Below are positions 9,807 to 23,545 of a DNA stretch of 64,000 nucleotides, piece by piece. This stretch comes from Glycera tridactyla (lineage: Eukaryota), in assembly GCA_965644265.1 (NCBI GenBank), contig OZ286461.1, positions 36,456,001 through 36,520,000 on the forward strand, in the 5' to 3' direction. Each line of letters begins with the position of its first letter. Positions within the stretch are counted from its first letter, which is position 1. The translations under genes were made by a program, and so were the position numbers. The notes under the pieces are model-generated. The model was not told where the DNA came from. It did not search any database and worked only from the letters and a program-made list of their open reading frames with translations.

Positions 9807-12232
9807 ACAGACGTAGAAATACACATATATTCCCCTCCGAACATGCGCTTACCGATTTTGAGTATACTACCGCCTCTCTCTCGAACCTACCCGGAATCAG
9901 CTTCGCTGGTCTAAATATACAGAGCGTCACACGGAAAATGGATGACATTGGTCTATTAATTGCGAAGAGTGGAGTTGACTTCCTGGCACTAACCGAGACA
10001 TTCCTGAATGAAAGTATCAGTGACGATGAGCTCCACATTCCTGGCTATAATTTCATCAGGTCAGACCGCACAGCCACGAGTGGAAAGCTCGGAGGTGGTG
10101 GATGTTTAATTTACTTTGGGTCACAGTACGCGGTGACAGAAGTAACTGAAATTCGTACATGTGATCAAAATATTGAATGCGTCTGGTGTCTTCTCCACTT
10201 AAAGAATTGTAGACCTCTTGTTATATGCACAGTCTACCGCCCGCCAGACGGCAATGTTGATGATGCTCTAGCACGCCTTAGCTCTTGTATAAACAACCTA
10301 AATGAAACCCAGCCACGCCACGATATGATAATCCTGGGGGACTTAAACATTGATATGGCATCCAGTAACAATCGTAAAACCAGGAAATACAACTCCTTTC
10401 TCAGACATACCGCTCTCACTCAACTCATAAAAACCCCAACCAGAATAACTACCAACAGCGCAACAATAATCGACCACATACTAGTCTCTAATCCTATCTA
10501 CTATGGTCGGTACGGAGTTGTTGAACCGGCCCTGAGCGACCACGCACTAATTTTTGTATGTAGAAAGCGTCAAAAACTTCCAACCACCAAGGAGGAGATA
10601 AGCTTTCGCAGCTACAGGAAATTTGATGCGAACTTATTTAAAGCCGATTTGAACAATATCAACCTTGAAGATATCCTATCAATTTCTGAAGTAAATTCTG
10701 CCTGTGATCAACTTGAGAAGAAAATCACTGCATGTATGAACAGACATGCCCCGGTAAAGTCACGCAAATTCAGAAAAAACAATCTGCCGTGGGTCGATAA
10801 CAACTTCCTGAGCATGGTTGATCTTTGCGAACATCGCTCGAAAATTTTCGGCAAACGACCTACCGAGTTGAACCTGGAAATGAAAAAGGAGGCAATCAGA
10901 CAGAAAAACTCCCTGAAAAGGGATCTGATCAGAGATTATGTCGCTACGAACGTGGAAAGACATTCCAACAATCCAAAAAAGCTATGGCGAGCACTGAAGG
11001 AAATCTGGCCGCTAAAGAAACCCAAAAATACGACCCCTCTTTTGAAATCTGTAAGTGACATCAAAAAGGCAAACGAGATCAATAATTATTTCTGCAAGAT
11101 TGGGGAAAATCTAGCCAGTCAGATTCCACCGGCTGGGAACCCGTGTGGCCCATCTGTCTATTTACCGCCAGTATTCGAATTAATACCAACTACTCCAAGT
11201 GTGATAGCAAAAATAATAAGCGGAATGAAAAACACACAGTCAGCGGGTACAGACGGGATCAACAGCACCTTTCTCAAGCTCTTCCCTGACAACATTATCA
11301 ATGCAGTGACACACATTTGTAATATTTCTATTAGCTCGCACACATTCCCAAGCAACTGGAAAAGGAGCACAGCAACCATAATACACAAGGGAGGCCATGA
11401 CCACAGCTTCAGCAATTTCAGGCCAATCTCAATACTCCCAGTATTAGGAAAAGTGATGGAGAAGGTCGCACACAGCCAAACACAAGAATACCTCACGAAA
11501 TACAATCTTCTGTCGGATGCCCAATTCGGATTCAGGGAGGGGAGCTCAACTGGGACGTGCCTGGTCGGATTCCTTGATAAAATCTACAGGAATGCTGACC
11601 AGGGGCGCCCCACTGGGGTCCTCTTCCTGGATCTGAAAAAGGCATTTGACACCGTCAATCACTCTAGGCTCTTGGAACGACTACGCGAGATGGGATTCAG
11701 AAACAGCACTGTCCGTTGGTTCGAATCCTACCTCGCAGACCGACGACAGATCTCAAAACACAACAATACCTACTCTGAAGAAAGACCAGTAAGCTGTGGT
11801 GTACCACAAGGGTCCATTTTGGGCCCCTTGTTATTTTCGATTTATGTAAATCAGTTACCGACTATACTCCAACAGTGCTCATCATTTCTATACGCAGACG
11901 ATACGGCCATCTGCTCGAGTGCTGAGAGCGAAGAGTCCCTGCTAGCCAACCTCCAGCATGACCTAGCAATCATCTGTGCTTGGTTTAAATTTATGAAGCT
12001 GTCTTTGAACCTAGACAAATCGTCCCTAATGTTCTTCGGAAATAGGCACCAGACACGAATTATCAATGCACAGTCTCTGTTATACAATTGGAGGGCAATA
12101 CACCGAGTGAGTAAGTACAAATACCTCGGCATTGTCCTTGACAGTAACCTAAATTTTGAAAGCCATGCTAACAACCTAGAATCGTGCACTATTTATATAT
12201 CATTCGCTAATACAGTCGGTTATTTGTTTTAA
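9803..12232 (+). pseudogene. LINE ORF2, APE endonuclease + reverse transcriptase (CR1 group), truncated by a late lesion
   Basis: APE motifs LNIQS, LTETFL, YRPPD, GDLNID, IDHIL and SDH; RT motifs FRPISILP, QFGFR, FLDLKKAFDTVNH, GVPQGSILGPLLF, YADDT and KYLG. The frame drifts into unrelated sequence after SHANNL (~12179) and stops at 12232. Confidence 0.95.
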
Positions 12233-12239
12233 TAATCAC

Positions 12240-12662
12240 ATCTATGCAAGCATGTCAAAGTCTGCCTCGCATAAGCTTCAAATGATGCAGAACCGCTGTC
12301 TGAGAGTCGTGAGAGATTGTCAACCGTCATACTCGGCGACCGAGTGCCACCACTCATTGAAGGTACCATACCTGGAGTCCCTTCGCAATCGCCACTTGCT
12401 CATTGAAACTTACAAGTGGGCGAATCAGATAGGTAATGTACAATTGCGCGACTGCATTAGGAGTAGGTCGGCGATCTCCTCGCGACGCACTCGACAAACT
12501 GTGAAGCGCGATCTGGAAATACCCTTCACCCGCACAAGCTTTGCGCTTGGCAACCCAGTGATACGGGGTATCAATCTTTGGAACTCAACCGAGGCATCTA
12601 TCCGCAACTCAGCCTCACTAGAAACACTGAAACGCCACGCAAAACGTATATACAAATTATGA
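12240..12662 (+). pseudogene. Out-of-frame C-terminal part of the same ORF2
   Basis: IYASMSKSASHKLQMMQNRCLRVV...RGINLWNS...SLETLK matches CR1-group ORF2 C-termini (LQxxQNxAxRxI, WNxL). It is shifted by +1 relative to the 9803 frame. Confidence 0.85.
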
Positions 12663-13065
12663 GAGGCGAAGAGTTTGACATGACATGCACTGATGCAACG
12701 CAGCGTATTATAATGGTTGATGGGTATGTCTTTACTACGTTGTCTGCTGTTTAATACTACCAGGCGTAATATGTCTCACTCAAGCTCCTAGAGAAGGATA
12801 ATAAATGAAAGTAACAGCGACCAGGCCATGTTCGGAGAGGGACACCGATCACGATCACATCCTGAGGCTACCAGAAAACAATCAATTCGTACTGGCGATG
12901 GGACCTGTCACATCAACATTATCTGTATTCAATCACTCACATTTAATGTTCATTTGTATATAATCCACTACTCATTCGTCATCAACCTGTATATATGTTA
13001 TTTGTATTGTGATGCATCGCCCACCAAAGCATTTTATGTGACAACCTTTGTCCATGCTTTTTGTG

Positions 13066-13091
13066 AATAAAGTTATTTCAATCAATCAATC
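13066..13091 (+). other. LINE 3' terminus: AATAAA followed by (CAAT)3 tail
   Basis: AATAAAGTTATTTCAATCAATCAATC. Short tandem tails are typical of CR1/L2-group elements. An earlier AATAAA near 12800 is an alternative end. Confidence 0.6.
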
Positions 13092-15613
13092 TCCTTCTCC
13101 GAAAATTGAAAAGTTTCACCCATATGGATAATAGCCCTGTCCTTGCGATCGATGAGATTGATGCGTTATATGAGCAATTGTGCAGAGGAAATCGAGCAGA
13201 ATTCCCACATTTTTGCCTTCCCCCTCCCGATCTACAAAGAAATTGTCACAAATGTTTCTCCCGAAGACAGATTGCGGCACCTTTCAAATTCTAAAGCTTC
13301 CTGAATTTCAACAACTTCCGGAAAATCTTCATCAATGAACAATGTGGCACACTCCTCACCTGGTGAAATTTATGTCCCGATTCTAAATGGTGTCTCCACA
13401 TTTCTCACCTTTCACCTTAACTTATACCCTGTCGGCTTATCTAATCCACGTAAAAAGTTGCTAAATCATATGTAATGAGGCAATATTGCAGCAAATCTGC
13501 TGGATTTTATTGAGTGATATGGTTAGCCAAGCCTAAATGAAAAGTAAGTCATCAATGAACCGAATCTGTTGGCTTCAACTTTCCCTGATTGTGCATCTCT
13601 ACTCTCCTGTAGGCCGATCATCACATATACAATTATGTGAACATAGAAGCGAAACACAGTATTAGTTATCGTAAAAATATTTTTAATTTTCATCAAAGAA
13701 AACAAGAAACATACACATAGGAAACTCCCCAAGTTCTGTGATTCATTCATACAAGACATATATATTATCTGTTATTGCAGTCAAACTGACAGTAGTACAC
13801 CACAAACCCTACCAAAACCTGTCGAATGATATTGGCATTGGTATTGAAGGACATCTAGTTCAGTCTTACTGATAATCACCATGTACAGAAGTAGAGAATA
13901 GGTGCAGTGCTCGGCAGAACAACATTGCTCGCAATGTGAGCTGGGCCCCTTGCCAGAAGAGGAACCAAACTGGACAGGATTGATCATTCGATACCGAACA
14001 TGTGCCATTACAGATATCAATATGATATTTCCATATCACAAGCAAGGCGCCTATAGGAGGAAGTGACTGAGTGGGACGTATGTACTACATCACTCTACTG
14101 TGGTGTAGTGAATGGTAACTTGGTTAAGAGCAGCGGTGGCGATATAGTGAGATGCCTAATTTATGTTGGATTCTTTTCCAATTTCTGTATAGTGAATACA
14201 CATATGAATTAAGTGGAATCAGTGGTTTAAATTAAATTGAGACCAATAATTGAATTTTGACATTATAATACTCTCAGTCAAGCGGTCCTGAATCGTCATT
14301 CCCCTATTGATGATGGCTTAATGAATATAATTGAAATGGGGAGGGGTTCAGGGACACAATCAGAAACGACAAACAATTACTTATTGGGACACCAATTTCA
14401 GCTCCTCACTTCATTCCCTACTTTGATGAAATACACACATCGCTTGCCACCTTCAGCGCGGAGCATTTCCTGCTACATTTCAGTATTCGCACACAATATA
14501 ATGTCACAATGGTGCAGGATAAGGTCGTGTTTCGAGGGTATCACCACACAATATAGGACAACAAGTCAAGATGAACCATGTCATGCAGTATATGAGTACA
14601 AATGCATCTCAATAAAACAACTTGTAATGTTGATATCACTTCATCATTTACAATCAACAAAGATACATGTCTGAGTTGCATTCGGATATTCATATGCTGG
14701 TCTGCTCATTTTACTGTGAGGAACATACAGCTGCTACCTAGAAATGTTGAAATTCTGGTCTAGAAAATACACAATTGGATGGCATCAGATGATTCTGATT
14801 GCCAAGATATTCATGGCATGTGGCATGTGACATATATTGAGAATAAGCACACTAGTCTCCTACTGCCAAAGATAGAGTGTAATCCCAATGAAGAGGTATG
14901 CCAAAAACAGTGTTGTTCATCCCGCATTTCGGGGAATGTACCTGAAAGACCAGCCGTATACTGTTGATGGTATAGGGTCTGACACAAATTTCAGCCACTT
15001 TTGAGCTCCGATGATTCCATCTTATTCTTCCAATACGGAAGGTCTCGCCATATTCTCACAATAATCCATAAGAGAATTGTTCACAAGCAAGGAACGTAGG
15101 AGTTGATGGATATACTGTATACGGTAGTGTAGCTGTGTGTATTCAGCGTGACTAAAAGATGATTATCACGCCTAGTCAACAGTAGAATGCAATACGGGCA
15201 TTAATATTGATCTGTGTATCACACATGTGCTACACATACGTGTGTGCATAGCATTACTATTCCCAGCTGAGCATAATCGTATGCACTGGCCTCGGAATTT
15301 TCCCTGTTCATGTTTTGAACTGAGACAATCTCAGAAATATACTGAACGGACACAATGTTTATTCCAGTGAATGAAAGCACGTTTGTTAAGCATACCTTAT
15401 ACTCAGTACACCAATTCCAGGCGCATCTCTACTAAAGCCCCAAACAATGTTCAAATTACGTATTTACTTGATTTGTTTGTATATTAAACTTCATATGTGA
15501 CCGAAATATGTGAAAATATATACTATTTGATATATACTCGAAGCAGACATTCTGCAAACCACGAAGAGTTTGTACGGGAATCATAATCATTACAATAAGT
15601 GCGATAATGATTA

Positions 15614-15623
15614 ATACATGTAT

Positions 15624-15665
<42 letters not shown>

Positions 15666-15682
15666 GTATATACATGTATATA
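15614..15682. repeat. (TA)n microsatellite flanked by inverted ATACATGTAT units
   Basis: Near-perfect ~70-bp palindrome read directly from the sequence. Confidence 0.85.
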
Positions 15683-18600
15683 TACTTATTGTCAATGCAG
15701 AGGAATATGGAATATTCCATTCGCTGCGTATGAGGTGACAACACTGTGGGGGTACACAAGTGATGTGATACGAATTGATTTTCTGGCTGGTGAATAGAGC
15801 CTATCAGGGACATTAAGATCATCATGCACGTGCGCTCTTCTCTATAATGTAAGATAGTCAACACAAAGTTCACCCCATTCTACGACAGTACAATTGAGAG
15901 AGAGAGATTCGAATAGCATACTCATTCTGCGTGTCATGAATAAGCATGCTGATGTATGCCAATACATACTCCGAAATGAAGTGCAAATTCTTCCCAAGTA
16001 TTTTAGATTCCTCGCGAGCATCTGACATTAAACTTTAGGCCAGGCTCGAGCATTATTAGGATTTTATCAATTATGTCCGATTTTCTGAGGTCAGAAAATA
16101 TTCTGATTATCGGCGTCACTGCTAACCACAGGTAGACAATGGATTCACGTTTTACTACAATCACCCAAATAATATGATAAAGACACAAATCTCAACATAT
16201 CCGATAATGAGCATCGAGTCACAATATCCAAACAAAACACATCATTGTTCTCATATCCAAACTATTGGATGTCTTCATAATACACATATTGGCCTGGTTA
16301 TCTTGCAATTGAATGCATTCCCTCCCTTGAATGTGGGGCAAAATATCGATCACAATGCCATAATTTCCATAGTCAAGTGAGTTAAATGCCTGAATCTTTG
16401 AGGTGCACTGTTGGCAATAGTCGATGAAATGTGCCAAGGCTGTTTTAGCTTCACATAATTGTGCGCTGATTGTGTGGCAGCTAGTTTCTATAAATCTATA
16501 ATTTAAAGAGACATGACAGGCGGCATGGTTTGATGGATGGATAAGTCGATAAGATTGCATGCCTCCCTCCACCTGACATTCTGACCAATACCATCGATCT
16601 ATAAATAGCTACCGACAGGAAGTGCTAAGTTTGGCTTGATGAGTGAGCATAATGTTCAACCTATTATCGATTACAGATCCCAAAGTTCCATGTTTCACTA
16701 CAATTTAGATATCACCATTCAACTCCAGCAGTGAGGAATGTAGTGAAAACATAGGAAACTAATCCCATATATTCTCAATAATCGGATTCAGAATTTGAAA
16801 CTTCAAACCTGATTTCAGCCACTCATATCTGATTAATCGAATTTAGTCTCACGACATTCATCAACCTAGAGTATTATATATGTATACCATGTAATTCTGA
16901 TATCATCATCATGTCGTGTCTTGGTCAGTTCTATTGTGGCAGATCCTCCAGTAGCACGGGCCAACAAATTTTGATATATGAGAGCGAATAATCAACTCTC
17001 TCCGCCAATACTCTAATTCATAGGAACTATTTTGAAGATCGAGCTCATGAAAATGCCGAGTGGTGTTGGCCAAATCTATGTCGTCAAGCGTTGTGTATTG
17101 AGCTTGGAAGACTGATTCTGGTGGGCTTTTTGACATATATACCACTGACAGTCGGCAATCGTATATTACTGATAATGACCATGTACGGGATTAGCTGCTT
17201 CTCGGTGCAGGGCATTGGGGATTATGCTAGCCAGCTGCAGAATAGAACTGTATCCTCATATCTGATCAAACACTGTTATCATGTCAACAATAAGCTCGGG
17301 ATGATGGAGGAGATGCTCTGCTACATCAAAATATACATCATCGTGACCACCGCGCAGGACTCTGAAGAGAGCAGATCACCTAAACTCAATTCCTACAAAC
17401 AATGCAACTATCTGCTTATTCAGATATGCTACTCATCCGATGCTTTGGACCAGTTCTGACTCTAGTAATGAAACAAATAATATTTAGCATAGCTAAAGGA
17501 TTATTTTTTTGGAAAAAAATATCTTTCTTTCATGAAGGTGGATTCTTCCGATGCCATTTGATCACCTATTCTGGTTTGCTACTTGTATGTCATATTTTGA
17601 TATGACGAACACGATCCTTTGCCATATAGATGGCCCTGCCCTATCTTCGGTGAATTTGCTACTCGTGAATATGCGGAAAGAAGCATACCTGCGGATGGGC
17701 CGAATCGAGAATACAAAGGGCCTAGGGTTATTTCACATTACGAATCATGTTTCCAAATGAAAACGAAGGCATACAAAGGAGTAGTCTAAATCATGCAATT
17801 CTCACTATATCTTTTTGGGGCCTATTCGGTGTTTTCGGTATAGTACGGAATTTTATCTTACGGACAGTCATCCCAAGACTTCTGCATACGCAGCAGTATA
17901 CATATTTCATTGCAATTGATCCATGCACACGCGCCCATTTCATCCCGGACTGTCAGGTCAAATATGACCCTCCTATTCTACATACGCCGCATATGTTTGT
18001 GCTATCCTGATTGGCTTTTGAGTGAAATATATCACCAGTCACAACCAGGAAGAATAGAAAACTATTTCGAAAATGACATGTTTCACCCTATCCTCACTGA
18101 TGGTGTGTATCCGAGATCGACTTATCCTGGCTCTTATGACAGCATAATCTTTCAAAGTTGAATGAAATATGAGAAAAATGTCTATAGGCGGAGCACACTA
18201 TGCTGGTGATATAGTAGAACAACAAGCAATCCGTGACTCAATGTCATACATCCAAATTGGATAATGCCAACGAAATGGGGAAATATCACCGGATATGAGA
18301 TTGAATTTCTCCGGACAATACACGATTTCTTTTTGGAATTGTACGCTCTGGAATGTTCAGCAAGAGTGCAACGGGCTCTATTTTCCATCGATTTTTCATC
18401 CAATTCTGATTTTTTATCAGAGGATTGGCATCCCTAGTTGTAGTAAAAAAAAACAATGTATGGCTCAAGATCAGAAATAGTTATTTCCTGAGTGATCACC
18501 TGTTCTGAAATGGTTCTTGGTGTGCGGTCAAACTGAGGTCATGGCTGATTGAAGGAGAAGTTGATGTCACCTCGAGATAAATCGAGGCAGGTGTACAACA

Positions 18601-18894
18601 TATTGGTGATGTTTAGTGCAGGTCCCATTGTCCAGCGGCGGCGCTGCACTACTGAGCATGCGATAAACATCAGCAACATTATTGAACCACCTGCCTCACT
18701 ACCTATTGTTGACCGATTTAGCTCAGTAGGATCAAAAGATTTTCACGTCCTCTTTGAAGTTGTGCATAATTGGCGTTTGCCGATGTGTGAGACTCAATGA
18801 TCGCCAGACCGATATCTACGTACCCTCCACATGCAGATGATATCTAGGTCCATATACCTCCAATGAGAATAGGTTCCAGACTGTTTCCAAAAAA

Positions 18895-19077
18895 CAGTGA
18901 CGTCAGTGGGATGAAGCTGATATTTCGGAAATATAGGAATATTTTCTTAAACTACCCCATCATATTATCAAAAGTATTTATTTTGAAACATCCAAGCAGA
19001 TCATAACAATTTCGGAAATTATCATTTTTCACCCAATTTTCGGATTTCCGAAAATTTTCGGGAAATTGGCACCACTG
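18895..19077. mobile_element. MITE family A, copy 1 (~183 bp)
   Basis: Colinear with 38504-38687. The right TIR is ATTGGCACCACTG; the left end CAGTGACGTCAGT is degenerate. A lone CAGTGGTGCCAA end also occurs at 20325. Confidence 0.8.
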
Positions 19078-20702
19078 AAAGAAAGATATTACCAGTGCTA
19101 TTGTTGATAATTTGCTGATCAAGTGTTTTAAATATTTGAGCTCATCACAGTAAAATCGTGAATGAAGCCAGTTCTTGAAAGAAACCATCTGGGAGCCCAT
19201 CTTTTATCAAATGGTCAACTTGGCGGCCTATCAGAGGGCCTGGTCTAGCTGCTATTCGACATCTAATGGTGGACCCACTTAGAGACAAAGTGCACGTGAT
19301 CACCAACGATTAGAGGTGTGCACGAATCCATATCTCACATAAAGGCTCGCGTGAGATCTAGAATCGGCCCTAACTTCACTTTTTCGTCCCTCATTTTGTG
19401 CACTTTTGCAAATTACTTAGCACTTCCTGTATAGTGACAAACATGTATTACACGGGTATGGTCTCATATTTTACATGATAATTTGAATTTGGTGTTCACC
19501 ACTATTCGACCTATTTTTTTGTTCACTCTCTCCAAAATATTTCATTGACAGTTTTACCATATTTACCTGCGAATTTTTGTGAACTAGCACAGATATATTT
19601 CAAAGGCATGGTTTCATCTTATAATATTGTTTTGGAGTTTGGCTATTTTGCTATGGATATCTGGATTCAGGTGTCATGGTCCGGGAAAATAAGCCAAGGC
19701 CATTGGTTGCTAATTTTAGAAAGGGCGCCGGCACATGCGCATTGTTAGTAGCCACCCATTATGGCTCGGCGTTTTGAAGATCGAACTTTTCATATTCCAA
19801 TTAATGAATCATGCACGCCTGAATGCACCTGATGAAACCACCCCTCACCCCAGGAAACGGACACGCGCCGCTGGAGTAAGCCTCATGAGAAAGTCACCAG
19901 GTGCTGGGTGTCCGGGACTTATTGTCATTATTTCTCAGACTAGATGCCAGAAATACTTGACGATCCCCCCTCCCCCCCCCCCCAGTGTAATCGAAAAGCC
20001 ATAACTAAAGGAGTTTGTTGGATGATTCCACCTCCACCCGATATCAATAAGTCTAATTTCATGTTCTTACCTGTATGATAATATCTCAAAAAGGCATTGA
20101 AAGATAGATGATCATTTTCTACTTCATAAATTGGTGATGATGTTGACGATTGATAAAATCCATCATTTCAATAGTTTCAAATAGAATTTACACTCATTGA
20201 GTCAGATTCATGAAGGACAACACAAATTATTCCAATTGGCTTATTCGATACCCACGAATCAATTTCAAGAACGTTACATCCCGAACTCCTGTCACAAATC
20301 ATCCGAGATCAGAGCATATATGCCCAGTGGTGCCAACTTGATGACGAAAAGTTGAGTTATTTGATTTGATTCCCCAATGATCTATGCTGTATACAATAGA
20401 ATCCATGATATAGAGGAAGGTATAACTCTAGTGAGCGATATTTCAAGAAGTCTGACTTCACTTTGGACACCCCAGACAGTGTGCCGGATCGCTCACTCAG
20501 TGATTTAAGCTCCCATTGTCGCCGCATTGTGTCTGGAATCAGTCGAGTAAAAGAGCTATTCACATTATGCGTTAGCATCCTATAGTCCCTCGAGGCTGGA
20601 GATAACCCTGCTTAATCCCCTATCATTTAGAGGGTAGACCTCTTTCCAATGATCATCGGAGGGTGAGTTTCATGCATGATTCTAGAAATGTTGTTTTTCT
20701 GA

Positions 20703-20807
20703 AGGATTGAAATTTAGTAATCGTTTCTTGAATTCATAGATTTCTTTCAAGATTAAGGATTGAAATTTAGTAACCGTTTCTTGAATTCATGGATTCTTTT
20801 CAAGATG
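20703..20807. repeat. ~53-bp tandem duplication
   Basis: AAGGATTGAAATTTAGTAA(T/C)CGTTTCTTGAATTCAT...CAAGAT occurs twice. Confidence 0.9.
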
Positions 20808-23496
20808 AATTGTATCCTTATGACAGACAAGTCTCACACCAGGAGAATGAATAAATGACAGATGCGTCCAGATGGAATAACGTTATCATCGTGATGGTGG
20901 TTGTTGACATCTCCAAAGATATGTCCAAAAAAAGACGATTATTTGCGCCAGCTATTTTTAGCCACCCACTGGGGACTGTGACGTCAGAATGGGGTAAATC
21001 ATTCGCGTGAACAATGATAAAAAAACAGGAGATGCGCAGTGATACATCGCACACTTCACGGTGAATGTCTCTAGAGGGGGTAAACCATTTGTAAGGGGCG
21101 GCTGTCAAGTCGTCCTTGTACTTTTCCAAACCACAAAACCTTAACACTCAGCTGACTGGATTTGTATCGCATCAATTGATCTTGCATGTTGTCGCAGTTG
21201 GATATGTGGCCCAGCAAATACATTTCGAGCAAGATACGTCACAGAGTTTCGTCTTAATTCTGTAATCGGGATACCAATGGAGTCGGAGAAGAGAGGGGTT
21301 GCATGTTAAACTTCGGAAAATCCAAATCCAGCCGAGTAAAGGGGCAAACGCTATGATGTATTGACAAACTTTTTCCTTGTCGGAAAGGTCTATTTCTCGC
21401 TGTTTTCACTCAACTTATGATCATTGGATAGTCAGTGAAATTACCCACCTGGCACTGACAGCACACCTGAGGGGCCTTTGTTGCTTCACCCCATGGGGTA
21501 TTGACAACAATACGACTACTAGGTCAATGCCAGAGGGTCATGGTAGAAGCTGTGGTAAAGCCCAAGTATGGAAACACTTATCGCTCTCCACCATTGTAAG
21601 TCATATCTATGCCAACATAGTGTATCTAAAAAAATCTCAATAACCATCTATCGAAATAACTTGTATTCATTCATAAAAGAGAGTGCAACATCATGAACAT
21701 GTTCAATTCCTCAAAACATTATTTTCATTCCCACCCCGCGTTTTCTATGGATACAATCACAGCAATATTTAAGCATCACAAAAGTAAACACTGGAACAAG
21801 ATCAAATAAATAATTTCATGGGGGCGTGGGATAGGTTGTCTCGCATGAGCGATTAATCATTGTCACTGCATAAAAATATAGATTGACAGCTGATCCGAGA
21901 GGTATTTAAAGACATGACTTTCACATGACTGAATTTGGGGAAACCTACATAGTACCTTACACACAGTCATCCTCACAATGAAATCAAAAAGGCTGATAGA
22001 AATGGATAGTGATATATCTTCCTCTCTGAACGTAACCATCGCAAGAGGTACATGTCAAAGATGGTTCATACAACATGGGCAGTGTGACAAAAATCACAAT
22101 GATTGAGGGAACTTCTCTGGAGCTCTTCATGTGTCGTGTTCATTTAATCAACCATGAGAGACTTTGCGAATTTCCTTCATGTTAACGCTACATTTTTATC
22201 AGCCTTTTTATATACTGCAGAACAGATTGATACCATATCACATAACATCAGAAATAATTCAGATTTAGGGTGGGAAATATTTGGTGGCATGTGAATAACG
22301 GATATACTGTTCAAGGCCGGGCATGCTGGGATACTTGCAAGCAAGCAAAATGTCCGACAGTATGTCGGCTGTGTGTGCCTGTTTCCACATGTGCGCCTAT
22401 TCCCATTTCCCTTCTCTAAACCATTCCAAGCTATGGTGACATGGTATCACCCTGTCGAACACCAACACTTACATCATGTCTGATATTTAAGCAACTAACA
22501 AAACAACATTTGCTTACTCCCATTATATATAATATCTATATATTTATAGCAGTTGGAATCACGAGGACTGCTCACCACTGGTCGATCGACAGGCTTGATT
22601 TTGGCGGAACCGGAATTGGGCGGAATATGGGCGATAAAATGACGTGACGAAAACAACGCTAAACTGAAATCAGACCAGTTGCCTTACGTATCAGTTGAAT
22701 CATGTTCGAGGCTGGATCTTCCCAGTGTGGAGTGACTATGGGATACTGCTCAGTCCAATGATCAGATCCGACCTGTTTTCATCATGTACCAGATTTTCGC
22801 CATTCTTCCTAACGATCTATTGTTTTCTTTCGAAGTAACGTGGAATACTTTTCAACCTTACGCTCATGCTGATTCAGTATGAGGAAGTGGCTGACAGGAA
22901 GATGATAGGAATTTCACGGCCATATCCCAAAGTATACGAACAGTTTGATGTTGTAATAATGTGGTGCTTTTACACACTCATATGTACCAAAAAGCCATGA
23001 CTAAAAAGTGGTGAGCAGATTGATTCTGTGCTTTTACCACATGAACTGCCGGTGTGTGAACACATATCATGGAACTCTGGAAGTGTGGGTAAAATATAAA
23101 CAGATTGAGTGCAGTCAAATAAGACCCCTTTCACACATAATATGATGACAGTACAACCATTCACACCTTATAACATTATATTTTCACATCCATTCGCTTT
23201 CATACCACTATAATACAATGTGTAGTCTGTCACACACGAGCACCTCAACGTTTTTTTCATTTATGTACAGTGAGTTTTTTCCCCATTCATGCATGATAAT
23301 ATGAAGATATTTGAGGCTCATTGTTTCAGTATCATTCACACCTCCAAGTATTGGATTAGGTGATCACATGGGAGCACTTTACAATCCTTTCCTCTTAATA
23401 TGTACTTATGCATCAGTGGAACATGTCCTTCTCTCTTCAACTTCTGTCTCGCACTCATTTATTCTATCTCTCCCCCACATACAACACACACACACA

Positions 23497-23545
<49 letters not shown>

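Larger units (their letters stand above)
2807..13091 (+). mobile_element. Near full-length CR1-group (CR1/L2/Crack/Daphne-like) LINE with an unusually long inter-ORF spacer
   Basis: Co-oriented ORF1-like gene (2807-6526), APE-RT ORF2 (9803-12662) and an AATAAA plus (CAAT)n tail (13066-13091). That ORF1 and ORF2 belong to one element is inferred across the 3.3-kb gap. The 5' end and a TSD were not found. Confidence 0.6.

Noticed and set aside
16900-17460. Possible decayed LINE RT fragment, with slight similarity to ~13860-13910
   Set aside because: Only scattered residues match; not supportable without a search.
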